Shown here: positions 36,679-49,379 of the stretch, piece after piece
How the letters are laid out: every line of letters starts with the position of its first letter
Numbering within the stretch: the first letter of the stretch is position 1
Origin: Mobula hypostoma
Taxonomy: Eukaryota
NCBI RefSeq assembly: GCF_963921235.1
Contig: NC_086108.1
Location: 21,452,001-21,516,000, forward strand
DNA length: 64,000 bases
Direction of reading: 5' to 3'
Notes under the pieces: model-generated
Database searches by the model: none
Seen by the model: the letters and a program-made list of their open reading frames with translations, nothing else
What the model was told of the DNA's origin: nothing
Made by a program: the position numbers and the translations under genes

Positions 36679-37521
36679 AGACAAGAGAAAATTTGCAAAT
36701 ACTGGTGTTACATGTCCCCGGTTTCGTTTTACTGGGAGTCCACAGTTTCGTTTCTGTGAGCGTTACCTTATGACCTATGCCGACGGTATAAAAGAAATGT
36801 GGTCATGGTACTGAGAAGGAATCGAAGGAAAGAGAGAGAAAGTGAAGACTGCAGATTTCGAGCTATCCGGGAACAGCTCATGATCGAGAAGGGTAAAGTC
36901 TAATGCTTTTACCCATACCCAAAGGATTAGGTTAATCAGTGGCACACTGTGCATTGTGGAGACGTGTCTGTCCTTCGTATGATCCATGGGTGTGGATTTC
37001 GTGACAGTCACTTTGTGAAATCACTCTTTGTGGGCTTCGGAACATGTATTCCTCGGCTGGGATCTTCAGTAACCGTTTCTTCGTTCGCTAGCCATGGAAT
37101 CTTTGGAATTCGTCATGATTGTCTCGTCACTGCACTGTGAACCCACAAGTCTCTCCTCTCACCTATTTCGTGAATTACTGGGACTGTCTGAACTACCACT
37201 TTAAGACTGTGCTTGAGTAAGATTTGTTAAGAACGGGTTCTAAGTTTTACTGTAAGGGAGCTACAGACACATAACACTGCTAACTTCTGTTTCAGAAAGT
37301 AGTTTATTTAATTTTCTATATTTTTGAGTAGATGTAAATAAATATGGTGTTTTTAATATTAAAACCCAACTCAATTTGTCATCTCTTGCTGCTGGTATGT
37401 TACGAAATCGTAACACTGGAAATCCAAGCAACACACACAAAATGGAGGAACTCAGCAGGCCAGGCAGCATCTATGGAAACGAGTACAGTCTATATTTTGG
37501 GCCGAGACCCTTCAGCGGGAC
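36679..37521 (-). mobile_element. Short old PLE 3' end split by a solo LTR
   Basis: PLE tail aaaatttgcaaatactgg|aaatccaagcaacacacac. TSD cctccatatagaac (36665-36678) / cctccatatggaac (37522-37535). Confidence 0.7.
36706..37415. mobile_element. Solo LTR (710 bp)
   Basis: tgttaca...cgtaaca termini and a perfect 4-bp TSD ctgg (36702-36705, 37416-37419). Confidence 0.85.
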
Positions 37522-40364
37522 CCTCCATATGGAACGATAGATCAAGAAGCCAAGAAGCTCATAGGCATACAACAGGTCACTGATAATTGCCATTGAAAGA
37601 GTAGCAACCAGAATTCTTTTTCTCCCTTCATAAACGCTGCCTTACTTGCTGCGTATTGGTGTGATTTTTCTACGACAACCACATTTAAAACGGAACAAGT
37701 TGTAAAGATATTTAACATAAAGATTCAAATTGATTCCTTTGGATACAGTAAATGGCAGTATCTGTTTCAACTGAGAATCAGGAATTGGAGCATATAGATT
37801 TAATGTAATTTGTAAAAGAAATAAGGAGGAAACTTTTTTTTTAATTTGAGCATGTTGCAGTGATCTAGAATGCATTCCTTGAGAAAGGTTAAAATAGATT
37901 CAATCTTGAATTTTAAAACATAAATAGAAAGACTTTGCAAGGTTATGGAAAGGGGGGGGGAGATTGAATAGTTTTAGAAAAATAGCACAGGCATGAAAGG
38001 CTGATTGGCTTCCTTGTGTACTTTCCAAGATGCTAGGATAACACTGTCCTCCATATACAATATTAGATCACAAAGCCAAGAAGCTCACAAGTTAATGCAA
38101 TGGCTTTCTTCAAAAAATGGTGGGCAGGATTGCAACTTTATCCTCATCAATAAATTAACAACATTCAAAATAAGAAGGGAATACAGCAAACATATTAAGG
38201 AAAAAGCCTATTAATCTAAACATCAATTGCCTTAATAACAAAAGAAAGACCACCAAAGTACTACTGAAGAAAGTTGTCAGGGTAATGATTTGACATTTCC
38301 AAAACAGCTTTTTGAAGGAAGTCCCTCCTGCAAAACATCTGAAAGTAATTTCTAATTGCTTGTGTGAAGGGACTGGGAGAAGATACTAAATAAAAACAAG
38401 ATTCTGCCTTATGTACAGTATTGGATTGGGGAAATCACAAGGGAAGCTCTATCAATCTCTCCAAAAGCAATCCCTGAACAACAAAATCTGTTTGTTCAAA
38501 GTTATTTATCACTGTCATACAATGTTCAATTCAGAATGAGGAGCATTCAAAGTGAACCAGAGAATGCAAAAACAAGGCATAAACCCCATGGCACATTAAT
38601 TCAATTTTTTATTTCCCAATTTGAGATCGTGCTGATGAAGTAAATTTCCTCCATCAGTACTTGATCTTTAATTCAAAAACAGCACTGGAAAAAATTATGG
38701 GATGGAGAGCTAATAAATCCCAGGATCTGATGACCTACTGGTCACTGTTTTGAAAGAGGCGGCTATGGAGACATCCAATACACTGGTTGTCATCTCTCAA
38801 ACTCTCTGTTTTAGATTGTAGTCCTCACTATTTGGACACATGTTACGGTGGGAATCACTGTTAAATTACACAGTAATTTAGCCAAAAGTTCAGTGAAAAA
38901 AAAAGTCTAACTATTAAATCGATTATTTTAGAGGGTTAATGTTTAACTTCTGTTACTACATTTAATCAATGACATCAGCTAAGTTGCTTTGTCCTTTCCA
39001 GCAAAACCAAGCTTATAACATTATGTTAAGTTGTAATTATCAGCTGCTGAAGAATCTTTCTGGCACTAAAAATTAACTTTCAAAGACTTAGGGAAAGCAA
39101 ATTGTGTTTCAAATCTTCTTCCTTTCGGATGTGTTTATAACAAATTTGAAAGCATCAAATGTGGTTGTGTTTGTTCAAATTCAGAACAGCTTATTGCAGA
39201 CTAATTCTGCAGGAAAAGTACACCTTGTAGTGACTTCTTTCACAACTGCAACCTTTCTGTTGCTTACAAATCTGTTCCAGTACCTTTTAGTAGCAATTTA
39301 CAATTCTAAGTTAATCAGTCTCCAAGAAGAGAGCAAACAGTGACAGGAAGACAGCTGTGTTTCTAAGGGAAATCATTTTCCCTGGTAATTTCCTTTTTAC
39401 ATCTGTCTAAGAAATTACTTAATGTAACGGATGACATTAGATCAACCCAATGCCCTGAAAACTGATTTGCTGGCATTTATGGGAGTCCTAAACTAAAGTG
39501 TCTCATGAAGCATTTTAGATCTACAGCTAAGCTTTATAATAAAGTGGCTGGCAGCATCACTAAATTGAGACAGCAAGACCCTCAAGCAAAGGAATAAAAC
39601 ACTTCCATAAAAAACAATTAACTTAATGATTCTTATTTCAATTGCATTTGAATGATGAGGAATCCAAGTCTACCCTCGGTTACTCAAATATTGTTTTGTT
39701 CTTAAAAGTGTTGACTGAAAGTTCAGGTGGGCAGAAGTGCCTGAGAACAAGCAAAAATGCAACTGACAGATGGAAAATAGTTTGGAAGCATTCTCAACAA
39801 TAGTTTCTGCTCAGATGAGGAGTCCACAACACCAAACCTTATTTTTCTTAAAGGAACCATCTTATTTGTAAGTGAGAAATTATTTTTAGATGTTTATCTT
39901 CTCTTTATATTCATAATCACCCTTAATATCCTTCAAGGCTCAAAGGGCCAGAAGGGCCTATTCCACACTGGATCTCTAAATAAAGTTCATCACAATTCCA
40001 ATCCTTTGATGCTATCAATATCAAATACATCCAGTTTCATTGTTTTGTTGTCTGCTGTACTGTTGTCCTCCACTTGTTAGCTGGTTGTGCACAATACCAG
40101 AAGAACATATGAGCAATGAGGCAGATGGATGGTGGAAGAATGAATTTTACCGAGTCAAACCCATCAAGCAGGTGCATAATTAGTGTAAATCCAGTGTCTG
40201 CCAGTCATCTTAGATAAAAGTATCTTGTGAATTATTTCAAAAAGCTCTCCCCGGTATCCTGATAAGTACCTGGCCTATCATAATCAGTCCTGTAGTTTAT
40301 TGTGGTATTGTTCCAAGTTTCCTATATAATAGTGAATTGTCTCTGAAAGACTGTTGTAAGGCAG

Positions 40365-41470
40365 GATCAGAATTGTTCTCGTGAAATTTGTTGTTCTGCA
40401 GCAATACTGTGCAATATATAAAAAAATTACTGTAACTTTCAATAAGAAATATACTTCAAAATGAATAAATAGTGCAAAAAGCGAGCAAAATAGTGATGTA
40501 GTGTTTATGGGTTCATGGACTATCCAGAAATCTAAGAAGGGAAGAAGCTGTTCCAAAAACATTAAGTGTGGGTCTTCAGGCTCCTGTACCTCCTCCCTGA
40601 TGGTAGTAATAAGAAGAGGGCATGTCCTGGATGGTGAGAGTCTTTATTGATGGATGCCACCTTCTTGAGGCACCACCTATTAAAGATGTCTTTGATGATT
40701 GTAAAGCTGTTAGGGTGTATTCTGGGGATAAGGCATATAGCAAATAATTTCAACAGCAAAAAAAATGAACAGCAGTCAACATGGCACCAGTGAACAATGA
40801 TCCCTTGGGTGACATCTTCCAGATAGTCAATCATTTCAGCTTTTCTACATCTTCTGCTTATTCTTTTTGTTGTTTTTGCAACTGTTGGAGCCTGTGACTG
40901 GAGCCTGTAGTTCCATGGAGTGAGCTAGCACTCTGCTATCCCCAAGAAAAGTCCAGGAGAGGAATGCGAGCACAAGCTATTATGAGGAGAAGCTCAGAGG
41001 CAAGACGAGAGGCCATGATGGACTACATTTTTTGCCAATTAAAGTGGCGAGGAAGATTGAAACATTGAGGCAAATGCAAAGGACAGCAAGCAGTTCTCAC
41101 GAGAGGCTGTTGGTTCGAGTCACTTTCCTCAGGGTGAGGGTGGGTGGCTGGTTCGAGTTGCTGCCATTGGGGGTGGGGGCACTGGTTCGAGTTGCTGAGT
41201 CTTTGGTGAAACATCTCATCTCCTAAAACTCCCAAATAAGTACAGCTGCTTGCTTGCCTTCTTTGAGATTGCATCAGTATATCGGGCCTAGTATAAATCC
41301 TCTGAGATGTTGATGCCCAGCAACTTGAAACAGTTTACTGTTTCCACCACTGACCCTTCGATGAGGATTGGTGTGTTTTCCCCTGACTTCCACTTCCTGA
41401 AGTCCACAATTAATTCATTGGTCATATTGACATTGAGTGCAAAGTTGTTATTGTGACACCACTCAACCAG
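40365..41470 (-). mobile_element. Rex1/Babar-type LINE 3' fragments with an unclassified internal segment
   Basis: Minus-strand CLKKVASINKDSHHPGHALFLLLPSGRRYRSLKT (40562-40700) and a further RT piece at 41215-41470. Confidence 0.65.
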
Positions 41471-41699
41471 CTAATGAATGAGAAGTGCTTCATTCAAACT
41501 ACTCTATTTGCTCTTTAACTTAAATTAACCATGCTTCTGATGTAATATCCCAGAGGCCCAATCAGATTTATTGCAATGTTTCCATCCACAGAACATTAAG
41601 ACTAAAACTTCAAGGAGAACCCAACCTCACCCACCCCCCATGCTGCAGACAGGCAGATACGATTATCTGTGTCATTTTAATCAGGAAATAGTACAGTTT

Positions 41700-42170
41700 T
41701 AAACACAAGCGATTCTGCAGATGCTGGAAATCCAGAGCAACACCCAAAATGCTGGAGGAGCTCAGGTCAAACAGCATCCACAGAGAAGAATAAACAGTTA
41801 ATGTTTCGGACAAAGAGCCTTCATCAGGACTGGGAAAAGGAAGAACCAACACAAGCTGACAGGTGATAAGGGAATCTAGGTGATGGGAAAGGTCGGTGGG
41901 TATTATGTGAGAATTTGGGAGGTGATAGGTAGAAAAGATAAAGGGCTAAAGAAGATGAAATCTGACAGGAGAGAAGAGTGAACCATAAGAGAAAGAAAAG
42001 GAGGAAGGGCACCAAAGGGAGATGATGGGCTGGTGAGGAGAACAGAAGGGTTAAGAGTGGAGCCACAATGAGGAATGGAAGAAAAGAGAAGAGGGAGGGG
42101 AGGAGGAATTACCAGAAGTTAGAGAAATCGATGCTCATGCTGTCAAGTTGCAGGCAACCCAGAAGGAAAA
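41700..42170 (-). mobile_element. Old PLE 3' fragment
   Basis: PLE terminus, decayed hammerhead (minus strand agtcctgatgaaggctctttgtccgaaacattaact) and GIY-YIG end. ttttaaacac is repeated at both flanks. Confidence 0.7.
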
Positions 42171-43784
42171 CAAACTTTTAACACGTTCAGCAAGGTAAAC
42201 ACGAATGACACAAGTATTGTCAAAGAACCGCCCATGGATGACAAACTACACATTCCTTTAAGAGGTAAAAAAAAATCCATCTTATTCCTTCCATCAATTT
42301 ACATACATCTTTACACCCAGCAACTTATGTGCTGTTACATAGTCATTGGAGAACAAGAGAAATAAATAAACTGTTGTAAGAACATTGACCTGTGATTTGC
42401 TTCAGATCAGGATGTCAGCTTTTAAAACACATTTCATTGCTGCAAGGCTCAAGTCATCTCCCCTGAAGGACACCCATATATTGTTCATACTCTTTTGTAA
42501 TTGTACTCACTCAGTTGTACTATGCTGTATTTGTTACGCTGAGTGGACATCAGATTAACCAAGGAAGTGACAAAACTCACAGATTTCTTTGGCAGTTAGC
42601 ACTTACACAACTGCTCATATTAACAACATGGAGTTTATCATCGGGTGTAAGTATTACTTTCGGAGTAGATGATGCTGCAAATACTTCTGACTTGTTGTGA
42701 AATTGTTAACAAAATAAGCATCCTACTCATTACCTGCAGTTATATATTTCTTCACTGTTTAGTTTAGTTTTAGGGCAGGGTCATACTGGAGCTGGCCAGT
42801 AACCATTATGTTAATTAAAATATCAGCATTAAATAAGAAAAACCTACCCTTGTAATGCAGATCACAGGTTCTGTTCAATTGCATAAATCTTTGAGACCAG
42901 ATAGCAAGCATATCATATGCCTCAGCACTGATCCATATGGAAAGTCTTTGGTGTCAATGCATGGAAAGGGTTAGAGGTCAAATACATACACACAATACCT
43001 AGTGGTCTTCTACAGATATGCTTACAGCTTTCAGTACAATCTGGCCCATTGCACACAAATATAGAGTAATTCACTGGAAGTCTGATTCAACATTGTCCAT
43101 ATTACAGAAATGACTGGATCTCTAATCTGCAAATTAAAGCAGAATCAGTTCTAATAAAACAGCCACTAAAAATACACAAAGTTTTGCACGGTGAAATTAT
43201 CCTGCATAAATCTTCATTCTCTATAAATTTGGTTAATTAAAGCAAAATGCTATTCTACAATGTCAGGAATCAGGAGGGAATCAATTTTAACATGAAAACA
43301 AATTTCATTCATTTGTTTTATTCTGGTTGTTTAAAGATCTTCCAGAACCCAGATGACCAAACATTTATTCTTCCTTTACCTTGACATGAAAGAGAGACCA
43401 ATGCAACCCTATTCATCAATGCTACTTCAAAATGCTATAAAGCATTTGACTATGGAGAAGCCCTCTCAATCTTAATAAGCAGAGTTCATATAAGAAGTAA
43501 CATGAAGAAATCTCACTAGTCATCCAACAGTAACTTGGTTCCATAGAAAAGATGCCAAATTTGGACTGTAAAGTTACAAGAGTCATGGCAAAATTTTATA
43601 TATTTTTGTTTTGGCTTCAATACCCCAAGTTATCCTCATTCTCTGTCCTTTTCTCTCAGCACTTCTCTTTCCACTTCTCTCTTTATTCCCTCATGTAGTT
43701 CTTCCATTCTCATCTTGTCCCTTGGATTCAGTTCTTCTTCACTTTTTTATCCTTTGTGTGTGTGTTGTCTCTTTTTCCCACTCT

Positions 43785-45440
43785 CTGAGGACTGCCGAGG
43801 GAGGAGACGAAGCTCTTACAGGACTGCTTTGAATTGGTGCACTAGACTATATTCCAAGATTCATTTTCAGATCTGAATGAATATGCCACAGTTTTCACTG
43901 ACTGCGTGCGTAAATGTGTGCCTTCGAGAACATACCCAGTTTTCCCAAATCAGAGGCCCTGGATAAACCAAGCAATTTAGTCTGATGAAAGCTAGATATA
44001 TGGCATTAAAAATCAGCAATTCAGAACCCTACATACAAGTAGTCTAGATATGATCTATGAGAGCAAAAAGACAACTCCGTGTGAAGTTAGAGGTGCAATC
44101 GGATACACGACAGCTATACCAGGGTTTGTATGACATTATTTTGTATAAGGCCAAACTTAACCACACAAATGGCAGCAAAGCTTCACTCCCTGATGATTTC
44201 AACATCTTTTATGCATACTTTGAAAGGGAGAATACTACTACTCCTGGTAACCCCAGTGATCACTCTCTCATGAGCTGATGTCAAAACATCCCTCAAGATG
44301 AACCTTGGCAGGACATCAGGCTCTGATAGTGTGCCTGAGGCGGTACTGAAAACCTGTGCCGACCAACTAGCTGAAGTGTTTAAGATTCCTCTCACTGCTA
44401 CTGCCTAAGGTTCCTACCTGCTTCAAAAGGACTGCAATCATACATTGTCTAAGAAGAGCAGTGTGAATGACTATTAATGACTATCAACTGGTAGCACTCA
44501 TATCTACCATAATGAAGTGCTTCAAGAGGCTGGTCGTGGCAAGAATTAACTCCTACCTGAACAAGAACCTAGGCCCGCTGCAATCTGTCCACCATGCAAC
44601 AAATCTGTAGTAGACACAATCTCACCTGCTCTCCACACTGCCTTGAACAACTAGGCAATAGCAATCGATTGCAGCTTGATGTTCAACACCATCATCTCCT
44701 CAGTATAATCACCAAGCTTCAAAACTTAGGCCTCTGAAACTCCCTCTGCAGCTGGATCCTCGTCTTCCTCGTCGGGAAACCACAGTCAAAGTGATCCAGT
44801 GATAACAACTCCTGAGGGGTAAGTGGTGGAAAGGGTGAGCAGCTTCAAGTTCCTGTGTGTTGCCATCTTAGATACTCTATCCTGGGCACAACATATTGAT
44901 GTAATCACAATGAAGAAATATCAGCGGCTGTACTTCATTAGGAATTTGATGAGATTTGACATGCAACCAAAATACTCTTGCAAATTTCTCCGCTTGTATG
45001 GTGGAAAGCTTTCTGACTGGATACATCACAACTTGGTATGGAGGCTCCAATGCACAGGATCTCAAGAAGCTACAGAGGGTTATAGGTTCAGCCAGCTCCA
45101 TCACAGGGGTAGAACCTTCCTTACCATTTTCAAGAAGCAGTGTTTCAAGAAGGTGGCACCATTACTAAGGACACTGAATCATATGGGGTATGGCCTCTTC
45201 TCATTAGTTCCATCAAGGAGGGGATAAAGGAGTCTAAAGACCTGCACTCACAATTGAAATACAGCTACTACCCCTCTGGTATCCAACTTCTGAAATGTCC
45301 ATGAATACTACCTTGTTATTCCATTTTTGCACTATGCATTTTCAATTTCTTTGCAATTTATAGTATTTTGCTGTTTCATTATGCCCTGAAGCATCCCATT
45401 CAGGTCATAAAGAATAGAGATAATAAACTGAATTTGATTC
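43785..45440 (+). mobile_element. Degraded Rex1/Babar-type LINE
   Basis: SLPDDFNIFYAYFE, LKTCADQLA.VF, IMKCF.RLV, VERVSSFKFL, LTGYITTWYG, FSLVPSRR, and tail aataaactgaatttgatt. Confidence 0.8.
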
Positions 45441-48439
45441 TCTTTGTTCCCTCAACTCATCAGCTCAGTATTACATCCGGTTTTCTAAATCTCTCTTTTT
45501 TGTTTGCTTTATTCATAGTTGGTAGGCAGGGAGAGACAGCATCCAGACTCAGCTCTTTGACCATGAAGGTATCAGTCGAACAAATGATAGCAGCATCAAA
45601 ACTTCAGTATAACAAGCACCACTGACTACAACCTTGCTGTTTCTGGTGTTTTCAAGATATTACTGACCACTCAAACCATGGAGAGATAGGGCAGCACGTT
45701 GGGACACACAGGCAGTGGGAAGTAGTGCTGTTGTGGGAGCAAGGCTGGACAATGTCAGTTCATTAGTTAGTCTTAAGAAGTAGGCTATTTGGATTCTCAT
45801 TCCTGCTCCATCATTCAGTAAGATCTTGGCTCATCATACAACTCAACCCCACTTTACTGCTCCATTCCCATATTCTTTGATTCCCTTAAACATCTGTCAA
45901 TCATCATCTGGAACATACTCAGTGATTGAGCTTGCACATCCTTCTGGGACTGAGAATTCCAAAAATTCACAATACTCTGAGTTAAGATTTTTTTTTCTCC
46001 ATTCTGTCTTGAATAGCTGCTGATTAATTCAGAAATTGGTGTTTCTAGTGAAATAAATTAACATCTTTTTCTTCTACCTTATCAAACCCAGAAAAAGAAT
46101 TTTGTACTTTTCTCGGCAATTGGCTCCAATTCTGATGAACTCTAGACAGAACAGGTCTGCTTCACATAACCCCTCCTCAATGAATCTCCTCTACGCTCCC
46201 TGCTATAAAAATACCATTCTTTGGATAGGTGAGACCAGATCTTTATAAATATTTCACAACTGATTTGACCAGGTCTCCATATTGCAGCATATCCACTCTA
46301 CTACTCAAATATTCTTTCCGTAAAGGGTATCATTGAGTTACTTTACACTTTGCCCATTCATTGACTGTCCCCACCTAGTTTCCAACTCTAATCATAAAAA
46401 ATTAACAACACCCCCTAATTGATAACCAAACACAAAAAGATACGAAACCCTGCACTCCTCTATTTGCACCACTGCCAAATGGTAGAGATTCCACATATCA
46501 CATCCTGTTAATTGCCTTCATTCCTTTTGTCTCCTTCCTCATAACCCAATAACATGACAAAAATCTATTTTACTACTGAATGTATTATATAATGTCAAGG
46601 TCTGGAGGAAAAAAGTGAAGAACTGCATTAATTCAGTTGGAAATATTAGTAAATCTCTATTGAAAGCTGAAGCATTTATAGGGAACTGATCAGGAGTACA
46701 GTTCCTCGTGAGGGGAAGTGCTTACTTTTTCCTCACATGAAATGTAAAAAGTTAATTATCCACTAAGTTGACAAATGGACATTATCCCCATTCTCCTGAA
46801 TCATTGTTAATGAATAGAAAATGTTGGGGAGAAAAATAGCAAAAATAAAATTACAGTTTCACTTCGTATTTTCTTAAAATCATCAGATGTTAGCAAACTT
46901 CTCCTAGTTTACAATTGTACAGCCGACCACCCTTACTTTAGCAGCTCTGCAAGTGATGAATACCACAACAAAACAACAATGTAGTCACCTTTAACTGCTC
47001 TCTGGGACACCAACAAGCCACTCAGTTCTGCCAAACCTCCAAACAGAAATGGCTTACATGTTTCAAAAACAGGCAAAACCAAGCAATTGCCTTGTCTGGT
47101 CATACTTTCAGAACAATATTTATCAGATAAATGTCCACTCTCATCCATCAGTGTCACTAAGGCAGATTCAGTAGTGCAAGCACAAATCAGTCCTCAGACA
47201 ACTTTAATTCTCCACCCTGCACACACTCTGATTCTGAATAGTTCCACAGAAGCTTACCAGAAACTTAAGTAATTACAAATCATTTTCTGATTTCTCACTT
47301 GGCAACTTTAAATCCCTTCTCATCTTAAGAAGTATGTTCAACAGTAGATTGCAATGTAACTTTTTAAAATCCAGACAATGAACCTGACCACTGCAAGGTG
47401 CAATTCCCTTCTTACATTTTAATTTTTTCTGACTAATATAGTTCCATAATGTAATGTTGCCACCTTGAGCAATGACAAAGTTCTATTCTATTCTTAACAA
47501 GGTAACAGATTTTGTTTAAATATTCCGCAATAAATCAGCTGCCAAATCAGTATATTTGGACAGAACAATAATGAATAGGTGGTTCAGCTTATTTTTTTTT
47601 TATTTCTGCTTAAGTCAATGGCATTCTGAAAACATAAAGGAGAAAATCTACCCATTAACCAATCCTGATAATTACTCTATATGCATAACTATGCTTTCCT
47701 GTAATAAAGATTTTAACAAATTAAGAATTTGGATTGATACCAAATCCCAGTTATATAAATGTCTGATTCCATGGTGCCATGACAACCAATTCAAATTCAC
47801 TCTCACACCAAATCTACTAAACTAAAGCACCAACGCACATCACAAAATGTACATTTTTCTTAATTGCTTTAAAAATGCTCAGCAAGTTCAAATCACCCAT
47901 TTCTTGGTGACACATCAAATAATTTGCTTTCAGTTTTAAGAGAACCATAAAGGCAAGTTAGTATGATCTGCAGTGCTTATTATGAATTTTATTTGTTAAT
48001 CTCTTTAATCTCGTATTTTTGGATCGGGACTACAGAGCGTCGTGGGAGCTGAATTCTGAAAGAAGGCAGTTCTTTGAGAAACTTCTTCTAGTGCAAGAAG
48101 GGCGAGACTGCGCCAGCGCGTAATGTCAACAGGACCACTCGGAGAGTTTAAAAAGGAGACCACCCTATACAGCGGGCAGCGGAGTGAGTGGGAGCAGAGT
48201 GTAGGGCTTTGGCTTCAACGGGCTTCGGCGGTAAACGGGAAGAGGCGAGAGCGAAGCGCCAACTCTTTTTTTTTCTCCCACCACCCCCCCCCCTTCGTGA
48301 ATCGGCCCGGACAGACAGGAATAGCAGGGCTCTCACAGTTAATGGTACGAGCTAACAGTTTAAAAAGTTCATCTGTTTGGAGAGGTAAGTGGGTGAGTAG
48401 ACTTATTTTTCCTGTTTCATTCCTGTAGAATTAGATAGC

Positions 48440-49366
48440 ATGCCTGCAGGGTTAGTGCTTTGTTCTAGGTGTCAGATGTGGGAATCCTGGGAGACCTCCA
48501 GCCTCTCTGATAGCCACATCTGCGCCAGATGCACTGAGATGCAGCTCCTCAGAGACCGTGTTAGGGATCTGGAGCTGCAGCTTGATGACCTACTGCTTAT
48601 TAGGGAAAGTGAAGAGGTGATAGACAGAAGCTACAGGGAGGTAGTCATCCCTGGGCTACAGGGGTCAGAAAACTGGGTCACTGTCAAGAGAGGGAAGGGA
48701 AATGCCCAGATAGTGGAGAGCACACCTGTGACTGTCCCCCTCAGCAACAGATATCTTGTTCTGGATGCTGTTGAGGGGGATGACCTGACAGGGGACGCCC
48801 ACGGTGACCGGGTCTCTGGCACTGAGCCTGGCGCTGTTGTGCAGGAGAGAAGGAGGGAGAAGAGAAATGTGGTAGTCGTAGGGGATTCCATAGTCAGGGG
48901 AATGGACAGGAGACTTGATAGAGATACCCGCATGGTGTGTTGCCTCCCAGGTGCCAGGGTACGGGATGTCTTGGATCGGGTCCTGAATATTCTGAAGGGG
49001 GAGGGTGAGCAGCCAGTTGTCTTGGTACATGTTGGTACCAATGACATAGATAGGACAAAGGAGGAGGTCCTGAAGAGAGATTTCCAGGAGTTAAGAAGGA
49101 AGCTGAGAAGCAGGAGCTCCAGGGTAGTAATCTCGGGATTGCTACCTGTGCCACGTGCTAGCGAGGGCAAGAATAGTCGGCTCAGGCAGATGAATGCGTG
49201 GCTGAGAGACTGGTGTAGGGGGCAGGGCTTCAGATTCTTGGATAATTGGGATCTCTTCTGGGGGAAGTATGACCTGTTCAAAAAGGACAGGTTACACCTG
49301 AACCCAAAGGGGACCAATATCCTGGCGGGAAAGTTTAATAGAGCTGTTAGGGAAGGTTTAAACTAA
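48440..49366 (+). CDS. CR1 ORF1p: zinc-finger-like CxxC...CxxC, coiled-coil, SGNH esterase-like domain (308 aa, open)
   Basis: CSRC...CARC, LRDRVRDLELQLDDL, VVGDSIVRG, CLPGARVRD, VHVGTND, DRLHLN. Confidence 0.85.
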   Translation: MPAGLVLCSRCQMWESWETSSLSDSHICARCTEMQLLRDRVRDLELQLDDLLLIRESEEVIDRSYREVVIPGLQGSENWVTVKRGKGNAQIVESTPVTVPLSNRYLVLDAVEGDDLTGDAHGDRVSGTEPGAVVQERRREKRNVVVVGDSIVRGMDRRLDRDTRMVCCLPGARVRDVLDRVLNILKGEGEQPVVLVHVGTNDIDRTKEEVLKRDFQELRRKLRSRSSRVVISGLLPVPRASEGKNSRLRQMNAWLRDWCRGQGFRFLDNWDLFWGKYDLFKKDRLHLNPKGTNILAGKFNRAVREGLN

Positions 49367-49379
49367 TTTGGCAGGGGGA

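Noticed and set aside
37642..37775. Possible minus-strand exons ending in GTAAG (also 46933-47060, 61770-61850, 62137-62350)
   Set aside because: Acceptors are weak or ambiguous and the peptides are unrecognisable. They cannot be supported without RNA-seq or conservation data.
48440..49366. Intact 308-aa esterase-like ORF as a domesticated host gene
   Set aside because: It sits in its normal position within a CR1. With about six lesions in 3 kb of ORF2, an open 0.9-kb ORF1 is plausible by chance, and it has a small in-frame deletion relative to the 3906 copy.
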